Part shown: one piece after another, positions 53,256 to 64,000 of the stretch
How positions within the stretch are numbered: the first letter of the stretch is position 1
Layout: each line of letters begins with the position of its first letter
Assembly: GCA_040954595.2 (NCBI GenBank)
Contig: CM082584.2
Span: 13,509,337-13,573,336, forward strand
Direction of reading: 5' to 3'
Source: Balanoglossus misakiensis
Taxonomy: Eukaryota > Animalia > Hemichordata
Length of the DNA: 64,000 nt
Made by a program: the position numbers and the translations under genes
The notes under the pieces: model-generated
The model's database searches: none
The model's input: only the letters and a program-made list of their open reading frames with translations
Told to the model about the DNA's origin: nothing

Positions 53256-53315
53256 TCGGCAGATTTCTTTATTTCCGATCAAACCTGTGAAGACCGACGG
53301 AACACTGAAAACATC

Positions 53316-54349
53316 ATGTCCAAACACGTGAAATCAGTTGCGGGATTGGTATGTATATTTCAGTACAAAACAGAAACCGCATAATCATCTTAGAATAGGG
53401 AGTTAACTAAATAATTTCCATCTTTGCCATTTTACAGCCCGATCTGAATGATGCCATACAGAAAAATGACGAAAGTCTGATGGTTCTCAATATACCAGCG
53501 TGGTGGATCAATGACTGCCGCGCCCACCTTAATGAGTATGAGGTGAGTTGTACTAACAGATTTACTCGATAAATATGTTATGTTGATTTTATCAAGTGTT
53601 TCCCGATTATTTTCATGACCTGTAAAAGTTTCTAACTTGGTGTTGCTTTAACACACAGGACCTTGCGAAACAATTCCGCGGTATAAAATTTTACACCACG
53701 GACATTGCAGCATGTTTGGTGAGTAGACATTAACCATTTATTCGAGTGGACAGTGGACACTGTCAAGGACATACATTCACCATCTGCATAATGTATCCAA
53801 GTGAAAATCTGTCATTGGTCAACGTGTCGTGGTCAACGAATTCGCAAACGAAAATGAATATGAACACGAATACGAGGACAACTTCGGCAACCGTGCCATT
53901 GTCGTCGAAACGTTCACAAACTTGTAGGGTTACCTAACTTTTCGAGGCGCACACTATCTCAACTAAATTACTGAATTGTACGTAATTTTATTACCCTACA
54001 GGAAGTTGCTACAAAGCACCAACCCAAGACACTCCCTGCGTTTTTGTTCTTCTACAACCAGAGAGAGGTAAGACTGAAGTGTTCTGCGCTTCTATTGCTT
54101 GTCGGTTGTTGTAAGATCACCGGTTATGTTGGCGGTTGACATTTTCAATAGTCCAACATTTTGTTAATCAAATTGATAAACACACTGTTTAGCCTAAAAC
54201 TTGATGAACGCGCAGTTAAAAGTTTCATGAAGTTTTCAGAGTGTAACGTTTTTATAATTCTTTGCACACAGCTGGCCGACGAAAGAATTGAGGGGATGGA
54301 TAACGACAAGCTGAGAGGCACCTTGGAACGCCTGTATGACAAATATTAG
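53316..54349 (+). CDS. Thioredoxin-like protein C, 113 aa, lacks the attacking cysteine (WCGPC replaced by WINDC)
   Basis: Exons 53316-53348, 53438-53542, 53659-53718, 54002-54067, 54272-54349 (33/105/60/66/78 bp, GT-AG, phase 0). Protein: MSKHVKSVAGLPDLNDAIQKNDESLMVLNIPAWWINDCRAHLNEYEDLAKQFRGIKFYTTDIAACLEVATKHQPKTLPAFLFFYNQRELADERIEGMDNDKLRGTLERLYDKY*. Confidence 0.88.
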
Positions 54350-54534
54350 CATCTGCGGTGGCCAACATGAACCACAATTCCCTGTGTATACAACCAGAGC
54401 TTTCCTTGACAAACACACCATATGAATCAAATCCACCATTAATCAATTTAGACATTGCCCAATACTTTTCCGCGGTGTGAAATTTATGTAGTATGCCGCT
54501 TAATCAATGTACATGTACTTTAAATAATTTTCGG

Positions 54535-54873
54535 TAAGACTGAGTATGGTCTCAGATTGTCGCATAGATTCAAACAGATTTTTTTGTTTTGTTTTGTTTC
54601 TTTCTTGTAAACATGTACAGTAAACAGAAGACTGAATACTTGTACCAACGTATTTTACAACTTGGAACTGTTTTTGGTACTCGCTTGTGGTTTATTCAAC
54701 ATGCACCCAACCCTTTACCGAGTATATTATCCAAAGTTACAGCGAAATATTATATTTTTCATGCTTTCTGGCCGACATCAACACTTCTCACTTTTAAAGT
54801 TTCATTTGGCGAAGCCTTGGTTTTGGTGAATTTATGCGACAATCTGAGTCAGTCCCTCAATCAAACAGTCTTA
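54535..54873. mobile_element. Degenerate MITE-like element (about 340 bp) with terminal inverted repeats
   Basis: Left TAAGACTG...CTCAGATTGTCGCATAGATTCA; right TGAATTTATGCGACAATCTGAG...CAGTCTTA. 22-bp core inverted match with one mismatch, plus an 8-bp terminal match. No coding capacity. Confidence 0.55.
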
Positions 54874-56964
54874 TACTGGTCTTTGAGAATAAAACTTGTG
54901 TTTTAAGCATCAAATGGTCTTCCAATAGTCATTCACTTATCTTGGGAAAATAGAAACTCAGACAATGGTCAAGACCAATTTGTCCCCTATCTATATTTTT
55001 GCTACTACTGGCAGTTCAACACGTCACCAACACATGAATATCAGCAAACCCTATGATTTAAACCCAAATCTCAAAGTTCATGACAACAACTGATCAATTT
55101 ATATAGCTTACCCTCAGTGCAAATAAATCACAGAAACAATGGTACATCCAAAGTTTGACAGAATCGTGACTCATGATTGTCATTTTGAAGGGGTTGCAGA
55201 TGATTGTAAACTCTTTGAGAGATAAACTGATGATTTAATAGTTGTCTATACCAGGGCTGCCTGTATTGAAAATCAATTATGCCGACATCTGTACCAAGCT
55301 ATCATGCTTGCTGTCTTTTGGCCAAAATGTTGAAGGAGGTCAAAGTTCAGGTAGGTCTTTATTGTCAAACGGTACATCCTCTGCACTCATGGACACTATT
55401 TGTGTTATTTCCTCCTGAAATGCATGTGATACTGATAATGATGATTTAGGCGGAAATAAGAGCAAGGGAATTTCCATGTCTTTTATAAATAGTTGTTAAA
55501 AAGACCAGTACCGGTAAAAGGATTAACAATGACTGTGATTGGCTAATTCAATCTCATAACACAATGATCTTAACCAATCAGAAACCAGCTTATTGTATAA
55601 TATGGTATGAGTACACAGAACATCAAGTTCAATGTTGTTACACAAGAGGATAGTATGACATGCTACCAGAAGAAAAACTGCACGGTGATCCATAGTTTTA
55701 TTCTTTTTTCCAAGCATAGTTTGACTTTCACAAAACATGTGAAACTGAAAGTGATGACAAAGGTATAGTCTTGGATGCCAGACCTAAATGCACAGGTGCA
55801 CAAAGTGTGCCAATAGTTCAAAGCCGCCATGGCGAGGACATTTTTGACATCCATGGCACCCTTCATGCACCTATGCATTCAAGCACAGACACAGGTTTGA
55901 GGTCTGGCAAGCAAGACAGCATTATATATAATATTGTTGAAAGCCCAAACTGTTCAGGGGTAAAAATAAAAATCGGCAGTGGACAAATAAATGTGATGTT
56001 AATGTGCAATCTTGCTGTTTGGCTGCAGGACAAGTTCTACTCAGCTCAAACACGTGTAGTAACCGTGGCTCAAACAATATGGCCAACGATCAAAAACACC
56101 AGAATTTACAAGAAATGTCCACTATGCTGAATGTAACATGAAAAATACACATACTAGCAAAAAATTCAAAACATAAATATTAGAAAATTTGTAACGAAAA
56201 CAAATAAAAGATTGGAATGTGTAGGTTCACAACAATGTGACCATAACTTACTTCATACTGACATAGTTGGCAGTTTTTTATACTACAACCGGAATTCTCC
56301 ACTGGCCTTGGGCACTAGGGCCGTGTGACATCTCAAAGGTGCTAAATCACTCACTTGGATATTCTCTTGGTTATTTTCAGTTTAACAGAGTATTTTATTC
56401 ATGCCCCCTACCTGAACACAGTACAGTTTACCTCTGTAGCCACTATTTCCATTGAAATATTGTTTAAATGAACTTACAATAAAGATTGGGATAAGATTAA
56501 GAAACAAACCTATAGTATAGAATATGAACAAATTCAGAAAATGTAAAGAATCTTGATTGAAAATACTTCCCAAAAGCAATAAATGCCACATATTTAAGCA
56601 TAAAGTATAATATATTCATATATTTCTTCATCTTATAAATTTTGTTCAGATTTGCAAAACTTGATAACATATAGTGCAGTTAATTAAAAACCAATACAAT
56701 CAACAAAAGAATGCCCACTGCACTTAACACATAACTCAAATTCAAGGGCTACAATATATAAAAGTAATTTTCCTTGCAAACATTGATTCATAGATTCAAC
56801 AACAACAACATAGGGACTTCACATCAGACTACTTATCTTTCTGATAAAACATTTCCTGTCAAGCAATATTAATTTCCAGTGTCTTTTGAACATATACAAG
56901 TCAGTATTTAAAAATCAATGAGTGTGAAATAACATGTGTATCTTGAAATTGCATGATTGTGAAA

Positions 56965-58578
56965 TTACGATTTGCCACCCACTTCCAACAGTTCTCGGAG
57001 TTTGTCTGCATTCGCACCGGAAAACTCATTTATCTGTGACAAAGCAAGGAAAGACTCGTTGAGAATCAGTCAAGAAAAATACCATGGAAACAAGTACATG
57101 TACATTGAGTGTAACTGTATTGAATCCTACATGGCATTGTAAGTTAGATATAAGAGGTAAGTAGTATGTGTGAAAGGTCATTCATTACTTACCTTAACAC
57201 CATTCTTGAAGAACTGGAATGTTGGCATGCAGTTGATTCCACAGGCCTCTGCAGTTTCCTGAAATACACATAATGCATAATAATAGTATGATATTCACAC
57301 CTTTAACCCTTTCACCAGCATGGTTCAGTCCAAACCCATTGTTTTCTATGGTATGGTTGGACCTATAAAGAGGGAACTGGGGATGAAAGAGTTTAATTTA
57401 CAGCTAACCCTGTTTTGATGGCCCAGTGTGTGAGAAAAATTTTGAGCAAAAATGGCAAAAAAATTATAGCTCAGACAATCCTATGACCTGGCAAACCAAA
57501 GTTACGATTTAATCTGCATCACATTATATTATACTTACAGAGTTTTCATCAACATCAACTTTCAAGAAGATTATATTTGGGAAGTCACTTGACATAGCCT
57601 GAAATAATAACCATTCAAAAGTTTTCATTAGTGTATGTTTTTATCAAAATGACCAGACACCAGACAGAATTTTTTTTGCAATCCCCAGTAGTTGCAAGGC
57701 TTATCAGTAATGCCAATATTTTGATATCTGACCATACTCTGAATCAGACTCTTGCAGCCTTACAAGTGTCTTACCTTGAATTTCGGAGAGATGGCTTTGC
57801 ATGGTCCACACCAAGCTGCTGAAAAATCAACCACCACCAACTTGTCACCAGCTGACTTCAGAGCTGCATCAAATTCATCCTGAGGGGGTGAAAAAGACAA
57901 CACAGTTTTTAAAATCTGCAGACTTCTTTGTATTTAGACAAAAAGGATGCTTATGATATCACAATATCACAAACACAGACAGATGACGTTCCACAGACCA
58001 CGGTTGCACAGTAGCTCTGAGGTTGAGTGTACATGTACGCAAGACACACAGCCCTGCCAGGCAGAGCTAGGCTGTATGTACATGTAGTTCTGCGAACAGG
58101 TCTTTGTGTTCCTAGATCATGTAACGCCAGGAACACACAGACCTGTACGTAGAGCTAGGTTGTATCACAGTGTGTGTAGTGACTGTGCATGTGGTAGCAT
58201 GATGTTGCTGTTGCTACAACTTACAAGCCCAACTGAGAAGCTCCTAGCCCTGCGTACTACAGGTCTGTGTGTTCCCGGCGTTACACGGCCCTGACCACAC
58301 AGACCTGTATGCAGGGATGAGAAGCTCCCTACTTAGCTGGCGCTCACTTGGGTTCGACCCTCATGATCATTGGTGGACTATTACATAATGCATCATGTAA
58401 ATTATATATACACCTCCATCTTCTGCCCACTGGATTCAACAACGCGAAGCCAGTGGGTCTTCGCGTTGTCGATTTGAGGGTCTGTGCCTGAGGGACTAAC
58501 TAAAGCCACTCTTTGAACATACAGTCACATTTTGTGTAGAGTGTAACTTACCTTAGTCTCTATTTCTGTGATAGGCAT
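56965..58578 (-). CDS. TXN: Thioredoxin D, canonical WCGPC, 108 aa (most Trx1-like)
   Basis: Exons 58578-58552, 57879-57775, 57598-57539, 57258-57193, 57033-56965 (27/105/60/66/69 bp, GT-AG). Protein: [108 protein letters not shown]. Confidence 0.95.
57303..57396. mobile_element. Short piggyBac-like MITE remnant in intron 3 of thioredoxin D
   Basis: TTAA-CCCTTTCACC ... GGATGAAAGAGT-TTAA: TTAA at both ends, CCC start and an imperfect inverted terminal match. Confidence 0.5.
58044..58328. mobile_element. Cluster of five ~30-45-bp modules in alternating orientation (MITE termini), including a ~76-bp hairpin element flanked by an 8-bp direct repeat
   Basis: Module CACACAGACCTGTAYGYAGRGCTAGG, approximately at 58044-58071(+), 58085-58113(-), 58118-58159(+), 58243-58287(-), 58296-58316(+). 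GAAGCTCC at 58237-58244 and 58321-58328 flanks TAGCCCTGCG...TGCAGGGATGA. Confidence 0.55.
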
Positions 58579-59038
58579 GATTTAGAAGACAAACAACTTC
58601 TTTTTATCTCCTTTGGGGGTTGAAATTCACGGTGTACCAAGCTATCGTAACAAGTTGCAAATGCACTACAGCGGGCGTTCGACGTTCCCCTTATCCTTTT
58701 AGAAATTAACAATATGGCTATCTTCCTGTTGAGCTATAGTTTTTCGAATTTTCCAGTTTTTGCGTTCAGTTCACGTTATGTTTTATGTTTAATATCCTTT
58801 CCGAGAACCGAACCATTCCTCTATCAAGGAAGGTGGCTGTAATTCGTTTCACTGAACAGGCAAATTTTTTATGTATAAATTATTTTAGTAGCCATTACAT
58901 TAGGCTTTTACTTTCATTGTCAGAAAGATAAAGAAAATGCTAACCAGGTAAGTGTGTTTTAAAGTGATGTGAGAATAGCAGTAACCACCGGAATTAATGA
59001 CAAGACAAAAAGAAGAAAAAAACGAGTAAAAAATCAAG

Positions 59039-59111
59039 TGCCCCGTGTGAGGATCGAACTCACGACCTTCAGATTATGAGACTGACGCGCTGCCTACTGC
59101 GCTAACGAGGC
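59039..59111 (-). tRNA. tRNA-Met (CAT), elongator type
   Basis: Reverse complement GCCTCGTTAGCGCAGTAGGCAGCGCGTCAGTCTCATAATCTGAAGGTCGTGAGTTCGATCCTCACACGGGGCA, 73 nt cloverleaf, anticodon CAT, GTTCGA T-loop. Pol III T6 terminator at 59033-59028. Confidence 0.97.
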
Positions 59112-59628
59112 GCACTTATCAAAGTTGGCTTAAAATTATGAGATATAGAGTATACACACAATTTTGAGCTGTACCAAGAATTATTTCTGTTTTCGTATAC
59201 CAACTGATACAATTTGATATAATTGCGTCTATTCTATCAATTGTCCGCTGTTCGTACATGCACTCACGTCCTTTGTTGCCTTGGGGATACTTCAATAAAC
59301 TTGGTAGGGTTGTGTGCAGGGCCCAACTCACTGGCCGAAATTTGCTCTAAAACAATTTATTAACGCATTTCTTATTCTCACGTTTCACTAATTGACGCAT
59401 ATGACCCACGTCTAAACAAACAGGTAGGCGATATCAATAAAATATAACACATTTTAATGCCAATAACTTCGTCTTACAATCAAAAAAAAATTGAAGGTAT
59501 TATGGTAGGAGGCCTAATCGATTATAAGTATGGTTCATACTCTAGACGGAAAAATAAATAGGCCTGAAAGTTGAAGGTTTTCCCTGTTTCTTGTGTAACG
59601 GAGTTCAATTCAGAGACAAAGTTCCATC

Positions 59629-62600
59629 CTAGCAAGAAAACATGGCATAGAATGTTGCCGTATTTTCCGCTATAACAGCGATATTGTTACCACAGAAAAA
59701 GTACCTGCAATGGAAATAAAAACAATTATAAATCATAGTTTTACGTTTGTGATACAAGCGTCTAAAAAGAAATTGTCACCAAGACGATGTGGTAAAAAAA
59801 TGAAAGTGGTACGTAAGTTCTTTTGACAAAGTAACTCCACCGATACACCTTTGTTTGTTTGTTTGTTTCCTCTGCCTTAACCTGTATCAGCTCCATATCG
59901 TCTGCTTCAACATTTATGTCTTCATGCCTGTATGTCTGATAACCTCTCGGCCCATCGTCATCTTTCTTGCCATCACCCCCCCCCCCCCCGATCCCGACAT
60001 ACTTTATCAATGCCCCCCCCCCCCTTCTGCTACGATGTAGGCCATTCCCTGCCCTCTCTATGTCTTTAAAGTAATACAATGCGTGATATACGTACTGGTT
60101 GATGTCATCAATACGGTCAACGACAATCCGATCGACGTAGAGTATCGGGTCCTTCAAAAGATCCCATTCACCAGGTTTCAATAAACTTGGATCATGGACC
60201 CACCGGAAGTGGGCTTTCGTCAAATCGCCAATATCTTTAGTCGCCACCATAAATGTGTACGTATTGGAATGTTTCAACTTGTCCAATTCGCTGAAAGAAA
60301 GAAAGAAAGAATTGGTCAAAAATCAATACTGTTTGGAGGATTGGCCAAAATCAACTGTTTCGAGTCGAACGAATCATTCTACTGTGCCATGTACCTATGG
60401 CAACGGAAATGACGTCACTTACTCATTGAGTTGTATTTCTACACTAATTCCCTGGCTGCCTTCCAGCGTCATGTAGAGCCAGGCGGGCTGATCGTCGGCC
60501 CTCCGATCGTCACCAAGCACCAGCTGAACACGATACTGGTTGGCTGAATATCAGAAAACAGAGATGTTATTGAATGATACAGGTATAATATTAAAATATG
60601 ACAACGTACTGCAACTTCAAAGCATGAACTTTAATGAAGATAGTACTTATTGTAATCGTACATCTCTTTTTTATTCAGAGCAAGTACTTGCATCAATACA
60701 TATTGGCCAGGCATATTTCGAATGACACATCAAACACTGAAATTGCGGAAAGCAAATGGGTAACCTTACCATAATAAGGATAGTCTGGCCTGGTGTCGAG
60801 GAAATACGTGACCAATTCCACTCCAGTCGGGGGTTTATTTTCCGTCGAATAGTAACCCATGTAGTTGCAACCGTGGGTGGTGCCACACTCCAGACACTGG
60901 CCAGCATAGAAAGTATCTTCATCGGCACACGGGACAGCTTTCAACAACTCATGGTCGAAGTTGACGCTGATGTTCAGAAACTCCGTGGCTCTGAAGTGAT
61001 TGCAGGCCACGAAGTATTTGCCTCCTATGTGAAAATTACATGAGCGTGTATTAAGAAAGGCATGGGGTCATAAATTCGACAAAACTAAAAACTCAGCCAG
61101 CGATCCAAGCAGCAGGTACCTGGACCAGCTTATGTTAGCGATAATACATGTCAACGTACCTTCGTAGAGCCCGTCGTCAAAATCCACTCGATCAACAACA
61201 TCCTGGTCACAACCGGGCTGCACGTGACCACCATTGGGATAGAAATCCACGTGACCGATAGGATCCCGAATGCCAAAGCCTGTCAAAAAGGATGGATATC
61301 AAATGACATCTTGCCAAAAACAATTGGAAAGATTTAATCACAATATCATATACTGTACCACAGTGTTTATTATGCTTGCCACCGCCCATTAAATATGCCA
61401 TATTATATATTTTGCCAAAATCGCAGATATTCCATGAGTGACCACCGATAACCGTAGCATCACCATCCAATCAGTAATAGTACTACCAAAAACCATATTA
61501 CAAACCGGGACATATATTCTATATCTGACATACCCATGCTGGTCAGAGCTTCAGCGTCAGTATGTATAATATCAACAAATGTAGCGTCTCTTGGATCAAG
61601 ACGTACAATCGGATGAGTTTCTCTGAAGTACGGCTCCGCTGGATCTAGGCCTGTAAGGTACATTTTGAAAATATGGTCGAAATGTGTCACAAGGGTCTAA
61701 TTGGGGGTAAACACTACCGCGATTCAACTCGCACACATACTCACAAAACTGTCATTAAGTACACAAGTCGATTTGATAATTCATCATTGATGGAAATTAA
61801 ATTGCCTTCAAGGTAGCGGAAGTATTTACCGTCAATAGAATCATGTAATTGTCTGTTTTGACCCTGAAGTGTCACCATGGTAATGCGACATGTATTTCTC
61901 AAGATTAGACCTTGGGGCGGAGGTTGGTGATCTCCGCTGATAATGTTTGGCTTCGTCCAATTATATTATTAGTATTTCAAGAATTCGAGGAAGAATATGA
62001 AAATTACAATTCCGTGTGAATTTGGATTGTGAGGATTATAATCCTGTGACTATTTCACATTTTGTCATTGGCATGCCACTTACAGTTCCATGACCTAAAC
62101 ATATATACAGTCTTTTAGTATTAGGAGAGACTTGAGTACATTTTGATAATGAGTACGTGTATTTTGAAAGGGCGTGACGCCCTCCTTCGTCTTATTAATA
62201 GAAGCTTTAATCAAATCACACAAAGTGCATATTAAACTATTATTAATAACTTATCTATGACGCACGTTGATATAATTTTGTTAATGGAAACCATGGACAG
62301 TCTGTCGTGAACACGTGCGGGGCGGAACTCGACACTAAATAATAGTTTCCGCGAGATTTGCGGATCTCGCGGCAACTCTCGTCGTATTGTATTCACGTGA
62401 CTGCGCAGACCCTACTGTATCTACTTGATGACACTGCACTGCAACCAAGACTGTACACACCTGTAATTCTTCCGAGTTTATTGAGTCTTTCACCAGCATA
62501 TCCGCAAACGTGGGCACCAAGACTGAAACCAATCAAGTGAACATCAGCCAAGTTCAGAGACAGCCATTCCTATAAAACAAAGTAAACATGAAAATTGTGA

Positions 62601-63390
62601 ATGGTTTTATTAAAATCCAAACTTCTTAGATTTCGAAACGATGCCACTGCCTTTCCCACCTGTGGAAACAATTTAGATTTGTGGGAACCGCGGCGGCCAC
62701 ATACCTGAAGTCTGGTCATCAGCAAGGCGATTTCTGCGCCCACGACTTGAGTGTTAGCAGTGGACCTGGTGTATCCGGCCACGGCGCCTTTCATCCAATT
62801 CGTCAGAATGACATTGCAATCCATGTTTTGCAGGAACTCCTGTTTTGTGTGGTGCATCCAAGTAGTGTCTCCATACTCCAAATACCCGTGCACAACGACT
62901 ACAGTAGGCACGGCGGGGTTGAACGATGACGAGTCCACTGTTGTTTTGTCGTAAGCGCTGATCACGTGCTCGGTGGAGGGGTTGGAGCGTGTGAATAGGT
63001 TGAAAGTTGTAGAGATGACAGTCGGGTCTTCGGGCAAGTAAGTGAGGGGACGATACGGCAGGTCGTAGAAAGGAGGATCCGTTGTGAAACAACCCAACTC
63101 TTCATAACAAACAGATTTACCTGTGATCAAAATAGAGGTACAACGAAATTCTGATAAGTTTGCGCTCATACTTTAATAATTATCATAGGAAAAGCATCTT
63201 GGTGAAAAACCTGACTGACCATCCAAAACATCCGTTTTCAACTACAAAATGTCGTCAGTTGTCATGTGCGTTTTTACAATAGTAATAGAGACTAATTAGA
63301 GCACCTATCCTCTCGAAATGGCCACCCACCTTCAACGGAAACCTGAAGGAAAAAGAGGACAACCGCAGACAGAGACACCACTGTCTTCAT
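59629..63390 (-). CDS. Pancreatic triacylglycerol lipase family protein (PNLIP/PNLIPRP-like), 489 aa, signal peptide, lipase domain and C-terminal PLAT domain
   Basis: Nine phase-compatible GT-AG exons: 63390-63330, 63120-62705, 62569-62461, 61650-61534, 61279-61160, 61024-60770, 60543-60423, 60290-60096, 59704-59629 (1470 nt). Signal [21 protein letters not shown]; VCYEELGCF; VHGY; [14 protein letters not shown] (Ser); [10 protein letters not shown] (Asp); [11 protein letters not shown]; [16 protein letters not shown]; ACNHFRA (His); ends YFFCGNN...MFSC*. Confidence 0.95.
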
Positions 63391-63638
63391 TATGATGATT
63401 CAATATTTGTAAACAAGTGCGAAACGGTCTGGCAAATGCGATTTAAATAGGGATGGTTTTATGTAACCTTTTCATATCAGTTGTTTTTAAACAAGGATGT
63501 CTATGGTTTTGTCTTGGAGATTATAAGGCCGCTAGAAACAGGTGCCACGTTCCCTGTCGTTTTCAATTTTAATATATATTAAAATTGACGTTGTTACGTC
63601 ACCATTTCCGTACACGGCATCAACTGGGTTATAACTCC

Positions 63639-63712
63639 CTGTACTGTACTGTACTGTACTGTTTTGTACTGTATTGTACTGTACTGTACTGTACTGTACT
63701 GTACAGTACTGT
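63639..63712. repeat. (CTGTA)n pentanucleotide microsatellite upstream of the lipase gene
   Basis: ctgtactgtactgtactgtact... with a few variant units. Confidence 0.9.
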
Positions 63713-64000
63713 GTATTATATTATATTGCATTGCATTTAAAACACGGTAAATTTGAATTTAACCAAAAGAAAACAAAAACAAAGCATATAAACACTAACA
63801 TACATCATTATCTCTCCACAATCTAAGTAAGGATCTTTCGCCATGAGAGCGGAGTTCTGTTTAACACGTGTGATTGTTATTGATGGCCGGAGATATCAAA
63901 CGATTTCTATCAGTTAATACCGTGTTGGGGGGGGGGGGGGATTCAAGTCCTCATTACTAACATTCGAATGATTTCCATGGTCAATTAATTATATAAATGA

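Noticed and set aside
59762-60095. ORF read-through from lipase exon 8 into the last intron (poly-Gly, faint LINE-tail-like peptide)
   Set aside because: A good donor at 60095 and a phase-compatible terminal exon (59704-59629) explain the gene. The extension is driven by poly-C runs and any retroelement resemblance is too weak.
62345-62376. GC-rich hairpin CCGCGAGAT-TTGCGG-ATCTCGCGG in lipase intron 3
   Set aside because: Single 9-bp stem without a Helitron-type CTRR end or other supporting context.

Overview
Eukaryotic (animal, probably invertebrate; species not determinable here) intron-containing DNA. 79-1132: last four exons of a PTPRA/PTPRE-like receptor tyrosine phosphatase (D2 domain and C-terminus). 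~3496-46421: a ~43-kb array of an 87-bp satellite that flips orientation once, at ~28760-28780. Its outermost variant monomers mirror each other, making it a giant foldback-like palindrome; almost all ORF-track hits here are repeat artefacts. 46.9-58.6 kb: a four-gene thioredoxin cluster largely missed by the ORF track, reconstructed by hand from conserved 105/60/66-bp internal exons. It alternates active-site-degenerate paralogs on + (WHEKS, cysteine-free; WINDC) with canonical WCGPC thioredoxins on -. Then come a tRNA-Met(CAT), a complete 9-exon pancreatic-lipase-family gene on -, and a few MITE-like elements and microsatellites. The best candidates for something undescribed are the paired pseudo-thioredoxin/thioredoxin cassette and the palindromic satellite element next to it.
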